64,000 nucleotides of DNA, from assembly GCA_039915685.1 (NCBI GenBank), contig JBDSMU010000069.1, positions 2,394 through 66,393 on the forward strand. Reading direction: 5' to 3'. This DNA is from Gemmatimonadales bacterium (lineage in GTDB: Bacteria; Gemmatimonadota; Gemmatimonadetes; Gemmatimonadales; GWC2-71-9). The translations under genes and the position numbers were made by a program. Position 1 is the first letter of the stretch. Every line of letters begins with the position of its first letter. The notes below the pieces were generated by a model. That model saw nothing but the letters and a program-made list of their open reading frames with translations, did no database searches and was not told where the DNA came from. This document shows positions 6,978 through 18,153 of this stretch, one piece after another.

Positions 6978-9509
6978 TTAGTGCGGAAAATGCCGTGACA
7001 GCGGCACCACGTCCCGCGGGTTTTCATCACCGAAGAGCAGCTTCCCCTCCGTGTACCGGACGTCCTTGAGCGCCAGCGCCAATACCTCGCCCAGCTCCTC
7101 CACCAGGTGAATCTCGAGCCGCTTGCGCGCCTCGGCCGGCAGGTCGTCGAGGTCGGACTCGTTCTGTTTCGGCACGATCACCCGGGTAATCCCGGCGCGC
7201 AGTGCGCCCAGCAGCTTCTCCTTCACGCCACCGATTGGCAGCACTCGTCCGCGGAGCGTCACCTCACCGGTCATCGCGATATCGTGACGGACCTCGCGGC
7301 CCGACAGCGACGACACCAGCGCCGTGGACATGGTGATGCCGGCGCTCGGGCCATCCTTGGGAATCGCCCCGGCTGGCACGTGGATGTGCACGTCGTGGTT
7401 GAACATCTCATCGCCGATGTGCAGTGCGGCCGCGTGCGCGCGAGCATAAGTCCAGGCAGCGCGCGCCGACTCCTTCATGACGTCGCCCAACTGCCCGGTC
7501 AAGACCAGTTCACCTTTGCCACGCATCGTGGACGCCTCGACGAACATGATGTCGCCACCCATCGGCGTGTAATACATTCCGGTCGCGAGCCCGACCTGGT
7601 CGACGCCCGACTTCTCCTCGGGGTGCAGCTTCGGCCGACCGAGGAGCTCTCGGACCATCGGCGCGGTGACCGACACATGTTCGTCGGTGCTGTCGGCGAG
7701 CCGACGAGCCACCTTGCGGGCGACCCGCCCGATCTCACGCTCGAGTTGGCGGACCCCTGCCTCGCGAGTGTATCGCTGCACCAACTCCAATAACGCCGGA
7801 CCGGTGAAGTCGAGGAATTCCTCACTGAGTCCGTTGTCGGCAACCTGCCGCGGGACCAGATACCGCTCGGCGATCGCGACCTTCTCGACCTCGATGTACC
7901 CGCTGAACTCGACCACTTCCATGCGGTCAAGGAGCGGCGCGGGGATGTTCTGAATGAAGTTCGCGGTCGCGACGAACATCACCTCGCTCAGGTCGAACGG
8001 CAGCCCGAGGTAATGGTCGGTAAAGGAGTCGTTTTGGGCCGGGTCGAGCACCTCGAGGAGGGCTGATGCGGGGTCGCCCTGGAACGACACACCGAGCTTG
8101 TCGATCTCGTCGAGCAGGAAGACCGGATTGCGGGTGCCCGCCTGCTTCAGGCCCTGGATGATGCGCCCCGGCATGGCACCCACGTACGTGCGGCGATGGC
8201 CGCGGATGTCGGCCTCGTCCCGGGCGCCACCGAGCGACACGCGCACGTACTTGCGACCCATGGCTCGGGCGATGCTCTTGGCCACTGATGTCTTGCCGAC
8301 GCCCGGCGGGCCAACAAACAGCAGGATCGGCGAGCGCTTCCGCGCCTCGTCCGCTGCATCCACGGCCGGCGGTGGAATCTCGGCCGCACCAGGCACCACC
8401 CCATCGGTGTTGGCGGGCACGTCGCCTGCCTTCTGTGACGGCGGAGCGTCCATCTGCGGGGCCGGTTGCGATGCATCCCGGCGGGCGCGCATCGCGCGAA
8501 CCGCGAGGAACTCCAGCACGCGGTCCTTCACGTCGCCGAGTGCGTAGTGATCCGCATCGAGAATGGCCGCAGCCTCGGGCAATGCCAGTCGCTCGTCACT
8601 GCGCTCGTTCCATGGCAACTCGGCGACGTGCTCGAGGAAGGTGCGGATCACCTGCGCCTCCATCGATTCCCGGCCGGTGCGCCGAAGACGACCCAGCTCG
8701 CGATCGACTTCTTTTCGTGCCTGCTCCGAAAGCTCAAGCTCCTCGAGGCGTGCCTCGAGGTCTTCGACCTCACCGGCATCGTCCTCATCGCCCAGCTCAC
8801 GGCGAATCGTCTTGAGCTGCTCGCGGAGGTAGATCTCGCGCTGGCGATCGCCCAACTCCTCCTGGACCTGCGACTTGATCTCCTCCTGCGCATCGAGAAC
8901 GGCCACCTGGCGCTGCACGTGCACGAGCACGCGTCGGAGACGCTCATCGACCGCCAGCGCCTCGAGCAGCCCCTGTCGTTCAACGGTCGAAAGGTCAAGG
9001 TAGCCCGCGACCAGGTCGGCGAAGCGACCCGGCTCCTCAACACCGTTGAGCACCTGCTGCACCACTTCCTCGGGGAGGCCCGACTTCTGACCCAGCTCGG
9101 CGGCCTTGGCACGCAACTCACGGTGTAGCGCCACGAACGATGCGTCAGTAGCGTCTACCGGCGGAAGATCCTCCATCGGTCGCACGGTGGCGACGAGGTA
9201 GCCATCCTCCTCGGTCATCTGAAGCGCCATTCCCCGGCGTTCGCCGTGGAGGAGCAGCTGCATGCCCGACATGCCGCGCTGCAACTGCCCGATGCGCGCG
9301 ATGGTGCCGACAGTGTGGAGCCCGTCTGCCGAAACTGCCTCGATGTTCTCCTTCTGGGCAACGGCAAGCACCAGCTTGTCGGGGGACGCGAGGGCGGCCT
9401 CAATGGCCTTGAGGGTCATCGAACGACCTGCGCCGATCGGCGAGGTCACGCCAGGGAAGAGCACGACATCCCGAAGGGGAAGCACGGGCAGCGAGAGGAT
9501 TTCAGTCAA
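6978..9509 (-). CDS. lon: ATP-dependent Lon protease
   Basis: LPVLPLRDVVLFPG N-terminal domain, Walker A GPPGVGKTS, protease motif DGPSAGITM. Start refined to TTG 9509-9507 (LTEILSLPVLPL). The listed longer N-terminus is non-conserved. Confidence 0.95.
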   Translation of the reverse strand: MTEILSLPVLPLRDVVLFPGVTSPIGAGRSMTLKAIEAALASPDKLVLAVAQKENIEAVSADGLHTVGTIARIGQLQRGMSGMQLLLHGERRGMALQMTEEDGYLVATVRPMEDLPPVDATDASFVALHRELRAKAAELGQKSGLPEEVVQQVLNGVEEPGRFADLVAGYLDLSTVERQGLLEALAVDERLRRVLVHVQRQVAVLDAQEEIKSQVQEELGDRQREIYLREQLKTIRRELGDEDDAGEVEDLEARLEELELSEQARKEVDRELGRLRRTGRESMEAQVIRTFLEHVAELPWNERSDERLALPEAAAILDADHYALGDVKDRVLEFLAVRAMRARRDASQPAPQMDAPPSQKAGDVPANTDGVVPGAAEIPPPAVDAADEARKRSPILLFVGPPGVGKTSVAKSIARAMGRKYVRVSLGGARDEADIRGHRRTYVGAMPGRIIQGLKQAGTRNPVFLLDEIDKLGVSFQGDPASALLEVLDPAQNDSFTDHYLGLPFDLSEVMFVATANFIQNIPAPLLDRMEVVEFSGYIEVEKVAIAERYLVPRQVADNGLSEEFLDFTGPALLELVQRYTREAGVRQLEREIGRVARKVARRLADSTDEHVSVTAPMVRELLGRPKLHPEEKSGVDQVGLATGMYYTPMGGDIMFVEASTMRGKGELVLTGQLGDVMKESARAAWTYARAHAAALHIGDEMFNHDVHIHVPAGAIPKDGPSAGITMSTALVSSLSGREVRHDIAMTGEVTLRGRVLPIGGVKEKLLGALRAGITRVIVPKQNESDLDDLPAEARKRLEIHLVEELGEVLALALKDVRYTEGKLLFGDENPRDVVPLSRHFPH

Positions 9510-9794
9510 CGCGGGTCTCCAGTTGAACCAGTGTGTCGGCCATGCCCACGAAACGGGATGGTCACGACTGCTGGTTCCTGAGGGGCATCGTGCATGCCAC
9601 AAATCTGGGGGGATCCCCTGCCTCTGTGGCGGGACTGAGGCGAGCTTCCCGCCATCGGGGCACCCCGGCATCCGTCCGGCTTCCGCCACCTGTCGGGTCG
9701 GCAGGGATCACTGGCACGTTGCCCGCATGCGCATCCATGTGCAGATTAAGGGGTTAGTGACCAATCTTCGACCCGCCCATGATAAGGATCCCGA

Positions 9795-11756
9795 ATGAGA
9801 GATCCCGCAGGCCATTCCTTGCCAACCCTCCTCAAGGACGCCCTCGGTGAGGCGTATACGATTGAGGGCGAGATTGGACGTGGTGGGATGGGCGTGGTCT
9901 TCCGGGCACGCGATGAACGACTGCAGCGTCGCGTGGCGATCAAGGTGTTGCCGCCGGAGCTGGCGTTTTCGGGCGAGATCCGCGAGCGATTCACGCGCGA
10001 GGCCCAGACAGCGGCCCGACTGGCCCACCCACACATCGTGCCGATTCACGATGTTGGTCAGGGTGAGGGAATCGTGTACTTCGTAATGGGCCTGATCGAG
10101 GGAGAGTCACTGGCAGCAAGGATCAGGCGTCGCGGGCGGGTCCCCATCGACGATACTCGTCGCATCATGAAGGAGACAGCCGACGCGCTGTCCGCCGCCC
10201 ATGCCATGTCGGTGATCCATCGCGACATCAAGCCCGACAACATCCTGCTTGAAGGAACGCGTGGCCGTGTGGTCGTGACCGATTTCGGCATCGCCAAGGC
10301 CCTGTCAGGGGCGAGTGGCGCGACGCTCACAAGTGCCGGCATGGCAATCGGGACGCCCTCGTACATGAGCCCTGAGCAGGCTGCGGGTGAGCGCGACATC
10401 GACGGACGCAGCGATGTCTACTCGCTGGGTGTGGTGGCATTTCAGATGCTGTCCGGGGAGCTGCCCTTCAATGCACCGACAGTCGCCGGCATCCTGATGA
10501 AGCACATTACCGAACCGGCGGCACTGCTGCACGAGATGCACTCCGACATCCCGGAAGACTTGTCTCTCGCGGTGGCCCGCTGTCTAGAGAAAGATCCTGA
10601 GAACCGCTGGCCGTCGGCCGATGCATTGAGGCGATCGCTCGAGAGCCGCAACGTCGCGGGTTACCGTCCCACCGGGCTGGGCTGGAAGGCGCAGACCCGT
10701 CCCGAGACGGCTCGTTCACCAACCTCTGCGCGCCCGACCCGCCCGCTCACCGATCGCGCTCCATCGACCTCGCGTCCACCGCGACCGCTCGCGGGAACCC
10801 GACCGGCGCCTCGCGCGCCGTTGGGCGAGCGAGTTGGCCGCAGCAACCTCCCGGCAGCGCGCTCTGCAGGTACTCCCCTCTCCCGCCACGAGGCGCGCCG
10901 TGCCGCGCGCGACAAGGCAAAAAACGAGGCTGCCCTGCCGGAAACCGGGGAGCCAATCATCATCCGGCAGACCCGGGCGGAGTTCGCCAAGACAGTAGCA
11001 GTGTCGGGCGGCTGCTTCCTGATCAATGCAATTGCACCGGGCCTCGACACCCCGTGGTTTCTGTTCGTGCTCGGCGGGATGTCGTTCGGATTGTTCAAAC
11101 GCTACTCCGACCTCTGGCAGGCTGGATACTCCTGGCGCGATGTGCTCAATCGCCCCGACGCACCGGATGCGGTTTCGTCCAATTCGACGAAGCGATTCAA
11201 GGGCGTGAAGGCGGTGCTCGACCCCAAACCCGACGACCTCGGGAAGCACTTCGGGCGGGTGCGCATGGTCCACGGCGATCGCGCGGCGATTCTCGGGCTC
11301 ATGGCCAAGTTGTCGGAGGCAGACCGCGAAATGCTTCCCGAAATTGTGCCCACGGTGGAGAACCTGTACCAGCGGGCGCATGACCTCGGACAGGCGCTGC
11401 ACGCCATGGATCAATCGATGGGCGAGAACGGTGGCGAGATGACTCGGATTGATCTGCGACTCATGGATCTCCGGCAGCGGCCAGACACGGAAGAGCGCAA
11501 CCGGCAGCTCGCTCTGCTCGAGCGGCAGCGCCAGGCCTGCATCGAGCTGGAGCAGCGCCGCGCAGAGCTCGCCGAACGGTTCGAGAGCTGTGCGTTGTCC
11601 ATGCAGAACGTGAGGTTCGAGATCCTGCGGCTGCGCGAGAAGGGCGTCGGTGCGATGGTCGACGAACTCGCGCAGGCCACGCAGCAGGCGAGGGCGCTCA
11701 GCCGCGACGTCGACCATGCGATTGCCGCGGCGGCTGAGGTCCGGGACGCGATCTAG
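9795..11756 (+). CDS. Ser/Thr protein kinase with a Pro/Arg-rich linker, hydrophobic segments and a coiled-coil C-terminal domain
   Basis: GRGGMGVVFRA, VAIKVL, HRDIKPDNILL, DFGIAK and SPEQ are all intact. Hydrophobic stretch VAVSGGCFLINAIAPGLDTPWFLFVLGGMSFGLF, followed by heptad-like EQ/R-rich sequence. Confidence 0.9.
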   Translation: MRDPAGHSLPTLLKDALGEAYTIEGEIGRGGMGVVFRARDERLQRRVAIKVLPPELAFSGEIRERFTREAQTAARLAHPHIVPIHDVGQGEGIVYFVMGLIEGESLAARIRRRGRVPIDDTRRIMKETADALSAAHAMSVIHRDIKPDNILLEGTRGRVVVTDFGIAKALSGASGATLTSAGMAIGTPSYMSPEQAAGERDIDGRSDVYSLGVVAFQMLSGELPFNAPTVAGILMKHITEPAALLHEMHSDIPEDLSLAVARCLEKDPENRWPSADALRRSLESRNVAGYRPTGLGWKAQTRPETARSPTSARPTRPLTDRAPSTSRPPRPLAGTRPAPRAPLGERVGRSNLPAARSAGTPLSRHEARRAARDKAKNEAALPETGEPIIIRQTRAEFAKTVAVSGGCFLINAIAPGLDTPWFLFVLGGMSFGLFKRYSDLWQAGYSWRDVLNRPDAPDAVSSNSTKRFKGVKAVLDPKPDDLGKHFGRVRMVHGDRAAILGLMAKLSEADREMLPEIVPTVENLYQRAHDLGQALHAMDQSMGENGGEMTRIDLRLMDLRQRPDTEERNRQLALLERQRQACIELEQRRAELAERFESCALSMQNVRFEILRLREKGVGAMVDELAQATQQARALSRDVDHAIAAAAEVRDAI

Positions 11757-11774
11757 GCGGGCCGCGTCACCACA

Positions 11775-13892
11775 TCAGTACGCCAGGATCTCCTCCATCG
11801 CCCGCCGAAGGCTCTCGACTTGCGGCAGGATGACGTCCTCCAGTTCGGGGGCGTACGCCACGAAGGTGTCGGTCGCGGCAACCCGGCGCACCGGCGCATC
11901 CAGCCAATGAAACATCTCGTCGGCAATCCGTGCAGCGATCTCCGCGCCGTATCCCCACGACATCGAATCCTCGTACGCCACGATCACCCGTGAGGTCTTC
12001 CGCACCGATGCAGCGATCGTGTCCCAGTCGACCGGGTTGAGCGAGCGAAGATCGATCACTTCGACGCTGACGCCGGTGGCCTCGTGCAGGTCTCGGGCTG
12101 CCTGCACGGTGCGCTGCACCACCGCGCCATACGTGACCACCGTGAGGTCGGTGCCCTCACGTACCACGTTCGCCTTGCCGAACGGGATCATGAAGTTGGG
12201 ACCCGGATAGGCGCCCTTGTTGTAAGCCTGGCGGTAGAGGTGCTTGTGCTCGAGGAAGAGCACCGGGTCGTCGCACCGGATCGCGGTGCGGAGCAAGCCG
12301 TTCGCGTCGAGCGCCGTGCTCGGGCAGATCACCCGCAGGCCGGGAATGCCCGTGAAGATCGCCGCGCCGGTTTGCGAGTGGTACACCGCACCGCCCTTCA
12401 GGTATCCGCCATACGTCACACGCACGACCACCGGCGCGGAATTGGCATTGTTCGACCGCCAACGCATCAGCGCGAGTTCGTTGCGGATCTGCATGTAGGC
12501 CGGCCAGATGTAGTCGAAGAACTGGATTTCGACAACCGGTTTCATGCCGCGGGTGGCGAGGCCGATCGCTCGGCCGACAATGTTGGCCTCGGCGAGCGGC
12601 GAGTTGTAGACACGGTTGCCGCCGAACTGCTTCTGCAGCCCCCACGTCACCTTGAAGACGCCACCCTTGCCCTTTACGTCTGAGAGGCTGGCCTCGCGCG
12701 ATACGTCGGCCACGTCCTGCCCGAAGACGAGAATCCGCGGGTCGCGGGCCATCTCGTCCTTCATGCAGGAATTCAGCAGGTCGACCATCGTCGTCGGTTC
12801 GCCGCTGAACTGCGGATCGTCCTCGGTGTCGAACTGCTCAGCCGTCGGGTCCACGTCGGGCGAGTATACAAAGTCATGAATGGTATCAAGCGCGGGCTGC
12901 GGCGAGGCCAGGGCAACGTCGGTGGCGACGTTGACCTCGTCGTCAGCCTGGTCCCGCACCATCTCGAGCTCAGCTTCGGTGGCCACGCCCTGGTCAAGAA
13001 GGTACCGCGGGAAGGTGACCAAGGGGTCGCGGGCCGCATCGGCCTCTCGCTCGGCACTCGTGCGGTAATGCACCTCATCATCTGACAGCGAATGCGAGTA
13101 GGGCCGAATCACCTTTGCATGCACCAGCGCCGGCCCCTTGCGGAGGCGGCAGTGATCATGAGCCTTCATCAACGCGTCATACGAGGCGAGCGGATCGCAG
13201 CCGTCGACCTCGAGCACCAGCATGTCGGGGAATCCACGCACCAGCTTGGAGATCGACCCACCCGCAGTATTCACCTCGACCGGGACCGAGATCGCGTAGC
13301 CGTTGTCCTCGACGAGGAAGACCACCGGGAGCTTGAGGTTGCTGGCGCTGTTCAGCGCCTCCCAGAACTCGCCCTCACTCGTGGTACCCTCACCCGTAGT
13401 GCAGAGCACGACTTCGTCGCCCGGTGTCATGTCGGCGGTCCGTTCGTCGGCGGAGGCCCGCAGCCACGTCTCGGCGCAGCCCACTGCCTGGAGGAACTGC
13501 GTCCCGGTAGGACTCGACGTCGAGACGATGTTCAGGTCTTTGTGACCCCAGTGCGACGGCATCTGCCGCCCGCCGGAGTTGGGGTCATCGGCAGCGGCGA
13601 CGGCCGAAAGGAGCTGCTCGGCGGGGGTCATCCCGAGCCCGAGGCAAATGGCCCGATCACGGTAATAAAAGTAGAACCAGTCGTGTGCGGCACGGAACAC
13701 CCGTGAGGCCGCTGCGAGCACTGCTTCGTGGCCGGCGCCGGAAATCTGGAAGAAAATCCGGTTCTGGCGCTTTAACTGGATTTCCTTGTCATCGAGCCGG
13801 CGTGAGAGATACATCAGCCGATAGAGATCGACGAGATCTGCCTTGTCGAGCTTGGCGGCAGTGCGTGGACGCGATGCGGTTCGAGTGGACAT
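11775..13892 (-). CDS. Fused alpha/beta E1 component of a 2-oxoacid (branched-chain/pyruvate-type) dehydrogenase
   Basis: Alpha part with ThDP motif [24 protein letters not shown]. Beta part [26 protein letters not shown]. Start refined to ATG 13892 (MSTRTASRP). Confidence 0.9.
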   Translation of the reverse strand: MSTRTASRPRTAAKLDKADLVDLYRLMYLSRRLDDKEIQLKRQNRIFFQISGAGHEAVLAAASRVFRAAHDWFYFYYRDRAICLGLGMTPAEQLLSAVAAADDPNSGGRQMPSHWGHKDLNIVSTSSPTGTQFLQAVGCAETWLRASADERTADMTPGDEVVLCTTGEGTTSEGEFWEALNSASNLKLPVVFLVEDNGYAISVPVEVNTAGGSISKLVRGFPDMLVLEVDGCDPLASYDALMKAHDHCRLRKGPALVHAKVIRPYSHSLSDDEVHYRTSAEREADAARDPLVTFPRYLLDQGVATEAELEMVRDQADDEVNVATDVALASPQPALDTIHDFVYSPDVDPTAEQFDTEDDPQFSGEPTTMVDLLNSCMKDEMARDPRILVFGQDVADVSREASLSDVKGKGGVFKVTWGLQKQFGGNRVYNSPLAEANIVGRAIGLATRGMKPVVEIQFFDYIWPAYMQIRNELALMRWRSNNANSAPVVVRVTYGGYLKGGAVYHSQTGAAIFTGIPGLRVICPSTALDANGLLRTAIRCDDPVLFLEHKHLYRQAYNKGAYPGPNFMIPFGKANVVREGTDLTVVTYGAVVQRTVQAARDLHEATGVSVEVIDLRSLNPVDWDTIAASVRKTSRVIVAYEDSMSWGYGAEIAARIADEMFHWLDAPVRRVAATDTFVAYAPELEDVILPQVESLRRAMEEILAY

Positions 13893-13995
13893 GCAGGGAA
13901 AATGGCCCGGGACCGGCCGGAGCGCCAATGGGTATGCCAGAACGGCGCGCCCTTTGGCTAAATTGACGGGAACTGACTCCATCCGGGACATACCG

Positions 13996-16380
13996 ATGCC
14001 CAAGATCCTCCCCGCCGCCAGTATGGCCGCGCTGCTGCTCTCGCTCCCGCTCCCCGCTTCCGCCCAGGAACCGAACTTCGGTCGTGCGATCGTGATGACT
14101 GAGACCGACCTCGTCATCGGGCAACCGGTGAATTGGTACGGACCGGGCGTGGTGTATACCTACCGCCTCGATGCGTCCGGTTCGTGGCGAGAGCGATCGC
14201 GGTTGAGTGCGCCGGACACCAGCCGCATGGACGACTTCGGTCGCACCGTGGCACTCGACGGCAACACGCTGGTCGTGGGGGCGCCGCGCAAGCGAGGAAC
14301 GTCGGGTGTCGCGTACGCCTTCCATCGCGCGACGGCAGGGGCGTCATGGGATCTCACCAGCACCATCGAACCGACCGGGTCGGGTAACCACGCCGAGTTT
14401 GCCAGTGCGGTCCTCGTGCACGGCGACGACATGCTGGTGGGATCGCCCGCGGTCGACTCCGCTGGCGTGGTATACCAGTACAAAAGGACCGGCGGTTCAT
14501 GGGGTGTGCACGACACCATCCGGCCCCCCTTGCCATCTGGACCAACTGGGTTTGGACGCACGCTCAGCATGGAGGGCGACTTGTTGCTGATTGGTGCGCC
14601 GGCTTCAGACTCGGGAGCCGGGCGGGTTTATGCGGCGGTTCGCGGGTCGGATGGTCACTGGTCGGAACCGGTGCTGGTCCCGACGCGACGGCCGGTTTCG
14701 GCCACCGCAGCCGGGATAGGCGGGGCGATCCTGTTGGACGGCGGCCGCGCATACCTCGGTGCACCGGGCGCCGGAGCAGTGTTGGTGATGGACCGCGAAG
14801 GTGCCGATGGATGGCGACAGGTCGGCGAGCTCCGACCCTTCGACGCGCCGCGTGCATCGCAGTTCGGCTTCGCGATTGCCGCCGTGGGCGGCGAGGTGTG
14901 GGTCGGAGCACCAGGTGCGAATAGCGGAAGCGGCCGGGTGTACCGATTCCTCACCGACGGCAGCGGTGGATGGCAAAGCGCAATCGCGATCGACCCCGAT
15001 TCGGCGACGGGGACATCGTGGCCCTACACCTTCGGCTACGCGATCGGTGCCACCGCACAGCGGGCAGCGATCGGGATGCCGCAGCGCGACTTCGGTGAGG
15101 GAAGGGTACTGATATCTCGGCACACGACCGCCGGTTGGCGGCGCACGCAGCAACTTGAGGGACGCATCTACGCGATCGGCACGAACGTCACGCCGGGTGC
15201 GCGCTGCCAGGACGGCCATATCGGCGAGTTCACCTGCGCCAACATGGAGTTGGTGGCGCACCTGCCGGTGAGTGCGCTCGGCGGCGAACGGGGCGTATGG
15301 GTCAACGACGTCTGGGGGTGGACCGATCCACTCACCGCGCGCGATTACGCACTGGTTGCGCGCCGAGACGGCGCCTCGTTTGTCGACGTCACCAACCCCT
15401 CAGCACCACGCCTCGTCGGGACGCTGTCGCGCACTCGCGGCGTGCCACCGTCGGTCTGGCGGGACATCAAGGTCGTTAACAATCACGCCTACATCGTCGC
15501 CGATGGCGCTGGGCCGCACGGGATGCAGGTCTTCGACCTCAGGCGGCTGCGCGCCGTGCGGGGGGCGCCGGTCGCGTTCTCTCCCGACACGACATACCAC
15601 GAAGTCTTCAGCGCGCACAACGTCGTTGCGGACACATCGAACGCGTTCGTGTACATCGTCGGCAGCAACAGCGGTGGCCAGACCTGCGGAGGCGGCCTCC
15701 ACATGGTCGACGTGCGGGAGCCCAAGCGGCCTGCCTTTGCAGGCTGCTACAACGATCGCTCCGGCTCCAACCCGCGCGGTTACACCCACGACGCCCAATG
15801 CCTCACCTATCGGGGGCCGGATACCCGGTACAGGGGGCGGCAGATCTGCGTGGGATCAAACGAGACTGAAATCAACATCGCGGATGTCACCGACAAGGCC
15901 CGACCGACGACCATCGGCCGCAACAGCTATCCCAACGTGTCGTACGCTCACCAGGGCTGGTTCGATGACGAGCAGCGCTACTTCTACATGAACGACGAGG
16001 GCGATGAGCTCGCCGGTGTCGTGGCAGGAACCCGAACCATCGTCTGGGACCTGGCCGAACTCGATGACCCAGTGGTCGCGCGCGAGTATATCGCGCCAGT
16101 CAAGTCGTCGGACCACAACCTGTTCGTCAAGGGCGACCGGGTGTACGAGGCCAACTACGGGAGTGGCCTGCGGGTTCTGGACATTCGCGACCGGACGAAC
16201 CCTCGCGAAATCGGATACTTCGACAGCGCACCGTTCAATGATGATGGCCCCGGACATAGCGCGACCCAGAGCGGCGCCTGGAGCAACTATCCTTTCTTCA
16301 AGAGCGGAGTGATCATCTTCACCAGCGTCCGTGAGGGACTGTTCATCGTGAAGGTCATCGATGGTGCGCCGATAAGCTGA
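13996..16380 (+). CDS. Secreted protein: FG-GAP-like beta-propeller plus a choice-of-anchor-B / LVIVD-repeat domain
   Basis: Signal peptide [23 protein letters not shown]. Six or more repeats of the form FG.x..l.G..l.vGAP.....G.vY. C-terminal half VNDVWGWTD...[25 protein letters not shown] is typical of choice-of-anchor B proteins. Confidence 0.75.
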   Translation: MPKILPAASMAALLLSLPLPASAQEPNFGRAIVMTETDLVIGQPVNWYGPGVVYTYRLDASGSWRERSRLSAPDTSRMDDFGRTVALDGNTLVVGAPRKRGTSGVAYAFHRATAGASWDLTSTIEPTGSGNHAEFASAVLVHGDDMLVGSPAVDSAGVVYQYKRTGGSWGVHDTIRPPLPSGPTGFGRTLSMEGDLLLIGAPASDSGAGRVYAAVRGSDGHWSEPVLVPTRRPVSATAAGIGGAILLDGGRAYLGAPGAGAVLVMDREGADGWRQVGELRPFDAPRASQFGFAIAAVGGEVWVGAPGANSGSGRVYRFLTDGSGGWQSAIAIDPDSATGTSWPYTFGYAIGATAQRAAIGMPQRDFGEGRVLISRHTTAGWRRTQQLEGRIYAIGTNVTPGARCQDGHIGEFTCANMELVAHLPVSALGGERGVWVNDVWGWTDPLTARDYALVARRDGASFVDVTNPSAPRLVGTLSRTRGVPPSVWRDIKVVNNHAYIVADGAGPHGMQVFDLRRLRAVRGAPVAFSPDTTYHEVFSAHNVVADTSNAFVYIVGSNSGGQTCGGGLHMVDVREPKRPAFAGCYNDRSGSNPRGYTHDAQCLTYRGPDTRYRGRQICVGSNETEINIADVTDKARPTTIGRNSYPNVSYAHQGWFDDEQRYFYMNDEGDELAGVVAGTRTIVWDLAELDDPVVAREYIAPVKSSDHNLFVKGDRVYEANYGSGLRVLDIRDRTNPREIGYFDSAPFNDDGPGHSATQSGAWSNYPFFKSGVIIFTSVREGLFIVKVIDGAPIS

Positions 16381-16464
16381 GCCACCACGGCAGGGGTGGT
16401 GCGTGCCGGGAATGACCGCCCGTTCGTCTGGAGGGAGGATGCTCCCCATCACCCCGAGCAACGC

Positions 16465-17349
16465 ATGATCGTCGTGATCACGAACAAGGCCGCAGGAACG
16501 GAGGAAGGCGACCGGGTCGCCCTGATCAAGGCAGCCTTTGAGGGGTCCGGCGTCACGCCCCGCATCGTCGAGGCGGAAGGCCCCGACCTGACCGACGCAG
16601 CGCGGGTTGCGATCACCTCGGGGGCCCGCATTGTTGTCGCGGCGGGAGGCGACGGTACCGTAAATGCGATCGCCACCGCCGTCATCGATTCGGAGGCAGC
16701 GCTCGGCGTGCTCCCAATGGGCACCCTTAACCACTTCGCGAAAGACGCCGGGATCCCGCTCGAGCTTCCTGATGCAGCCCGACTGATCGCCATCGGAGAA
16801 ACAAGCGCGGTAGACATCGCCACGGTGAACGATCGGATTTTCCTCAACAACTCATCGATTGGTGTATATCCGCTGATGGTGCGCGAGCGCGACCGCCAAC
16901 GCTCCCGCCTGTCGCGCTCGAAGTGGTGGGCGATGGTCCGGGCATCGCTGGATTTGTTCCGTCGGTTCCCCACATTCACCGTCGGCGTCACCGCCGACGG
17001 TCGAACCAGCAAGGCCCGAACCCCAGCGGTACTCGTCGGCAACAACACCTACGAGTTCTCATCCCGCGGCCTGGGGACCCGGGCCGCGCTCGACGCTGGC
17101 GAACTCAGCCTCTTCGTAGTGAAGACCCGGACGCCATGGATGACGGTCAAACTCCTCCTGAACGCCCTCCTCCGGCGACTCGATGCCGACGGTCTCTGCG
17201 ACGTATCGGCTTGCAAATCGGTGGGACTCGAGCCAGAGGTCAAGTCCGTCGACGTCTCCCTCGACGGTGAGGTCGTCAAGCTTCAGGCACCGCTCGAGTA
17301 TCAGATCAAGCCGAAAGCGCTCCGACTCATTCGCCCGATTGCGGTGTGA
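16465..17349 (+). CDS. Diacylglycerol/lipid kinase family protein (YegS-like)
   Basis: MIVVITNKAAG..., catalytic GGDGTVN, LGVLPMGTLNHFA. GTG 16396 is an alternative start. Confidence 0.8.
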   Translation: MIVVITNKAAGTEEGDRVALIKAAFEGSGVTPRIVEAEGPDLTDAARVAITSGARIVVAAGGDGTVNAIATAVIDSEAALGVLPMGTLNHFAKDAGIPLELPDAARLIAIGETSAVDIATVNDRIFLNNSSIGVYPLMVRERDRQRSRLSRSKWWAMVRASLDLFRRFPTFTVGVTADGRTSKARTPAVLVGNNTYEFSSRGLGTRAALDAGELSLFVVKTRTPWMTVKLLLNALLRRLDADGLCDVSACKSVGLEPEVKSVDVSLDGEVVKLQAPLEYQIKPKALRLIRPIAV

Positions 17350-18125
17350 CGACGATCGTCCACCTCTCCGATCTGCATTTCGGAACGGACTTGCCTCGAA
17401 TCGCCGACGCCCTGGTTTCCGACGTGATCACCCAACATCCTGATCTCGTGGCATTCAGCGGGGACGCCACGCAACGGGCACTCGGTCCGCAGTACGAGGC
17501 TGCCCGGGCCTATCTCGGACGTTTACCCGCGCCCCTGCTCTCCGTACCGGGCAACCACGACATTCCGCTCTACAACCCGATCGCGCGCGCGCTGCATCCG
17601 TTGGGCGCTTATCGCGAGTACATCGCAACGGACATCGAGCCATCACATTTCGACGATCAGCTCTCACTGGTGTCAATCAGCACGGCGCGGCACTACCTCT
17701 GGAAGGATGGCACCGTCTCCACGTCGCAGATTCGCCGCATGCAGCGCGAGTTTCGCAAGGCCGCACCGACTGCGTGCCGAGTGGTGATGATGCACCACCC
17801 GTGTCTCGTGCCGCCGGAGTTTCCGGTGCACAACACTGTGGGGAACGCCAAGGCGGCGCTGGGCGCATTCAGCCGGGCGAAGGTCGACGTGGTGTTGGCG
17901 GGTCACATGCACGATGCGTTTGTCGTGCGGGTCGAACCGGGCCCGCGTCGTCCGCATCCGGTGGTGCTGTCGCAAGCGGGAACCGCAATCTCGAGTCGGC
18001 GGCGTAGCCAGCCGAACAGCTACAACATCGTGACGATCACCGAAGAAACGGTGATCGTCACGATTCGGATGTGGGGCGGGAACGCCTTCGCCGACGCCGG
18101 CGCATACCGTTTCCCGCGCGGGTGA
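17346..18125 (+). CDS. Metallophosphoesterase
   Basis: IVHLSDLHFG, SGDATQ, VPGNHD, MHHP, GHMH motifs. GTGA overlap with the upstream stop. Confidence 0.8.
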   Translation: MTTIVHLSDLHFGTDLPRIADALVSDVITQHPDLVAFSGDATQRALGPQYEAARAYLGRLPAPLLSVPGNHDIPLYNPIARALHPLGAYREYIATDIEPSHFDDQLSLVSISTARHYLWKDGTVSTSQIRRMQREFRKAAPTACRVVMMHHPCLVPPEFPVHNTVGNAKAALGAFSRAKVDVVLAGHMHDAFVVRVEPGPRRPHPVVLSQAGTAISSRRRSQPNSYNIVTITEETVIVTIRMWGGNAFADAGAYRFPRG

Positions 18126-18153
18126 CGCCAACACGTGCTCGCCGCCCGCCGGG

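Noticed and set aside
9510-9794. Heat-shock control elements (CIRCE, sigma32-type promoter) upstream of lon
   Set aside because: There is no TTAGCACTC-N9-GAGTGCTAA inverted repeat. Only a weak CCCCAGAT-like string is present, without a properly spaced CTTGAA-like -35 element.
16381-16400. Terminator hairpin after the propeller gene (CACCAC ggcaggg GTGGTG)
   Set aside because: The stem is only 6 bp with no T-tract, which is too weak to call.
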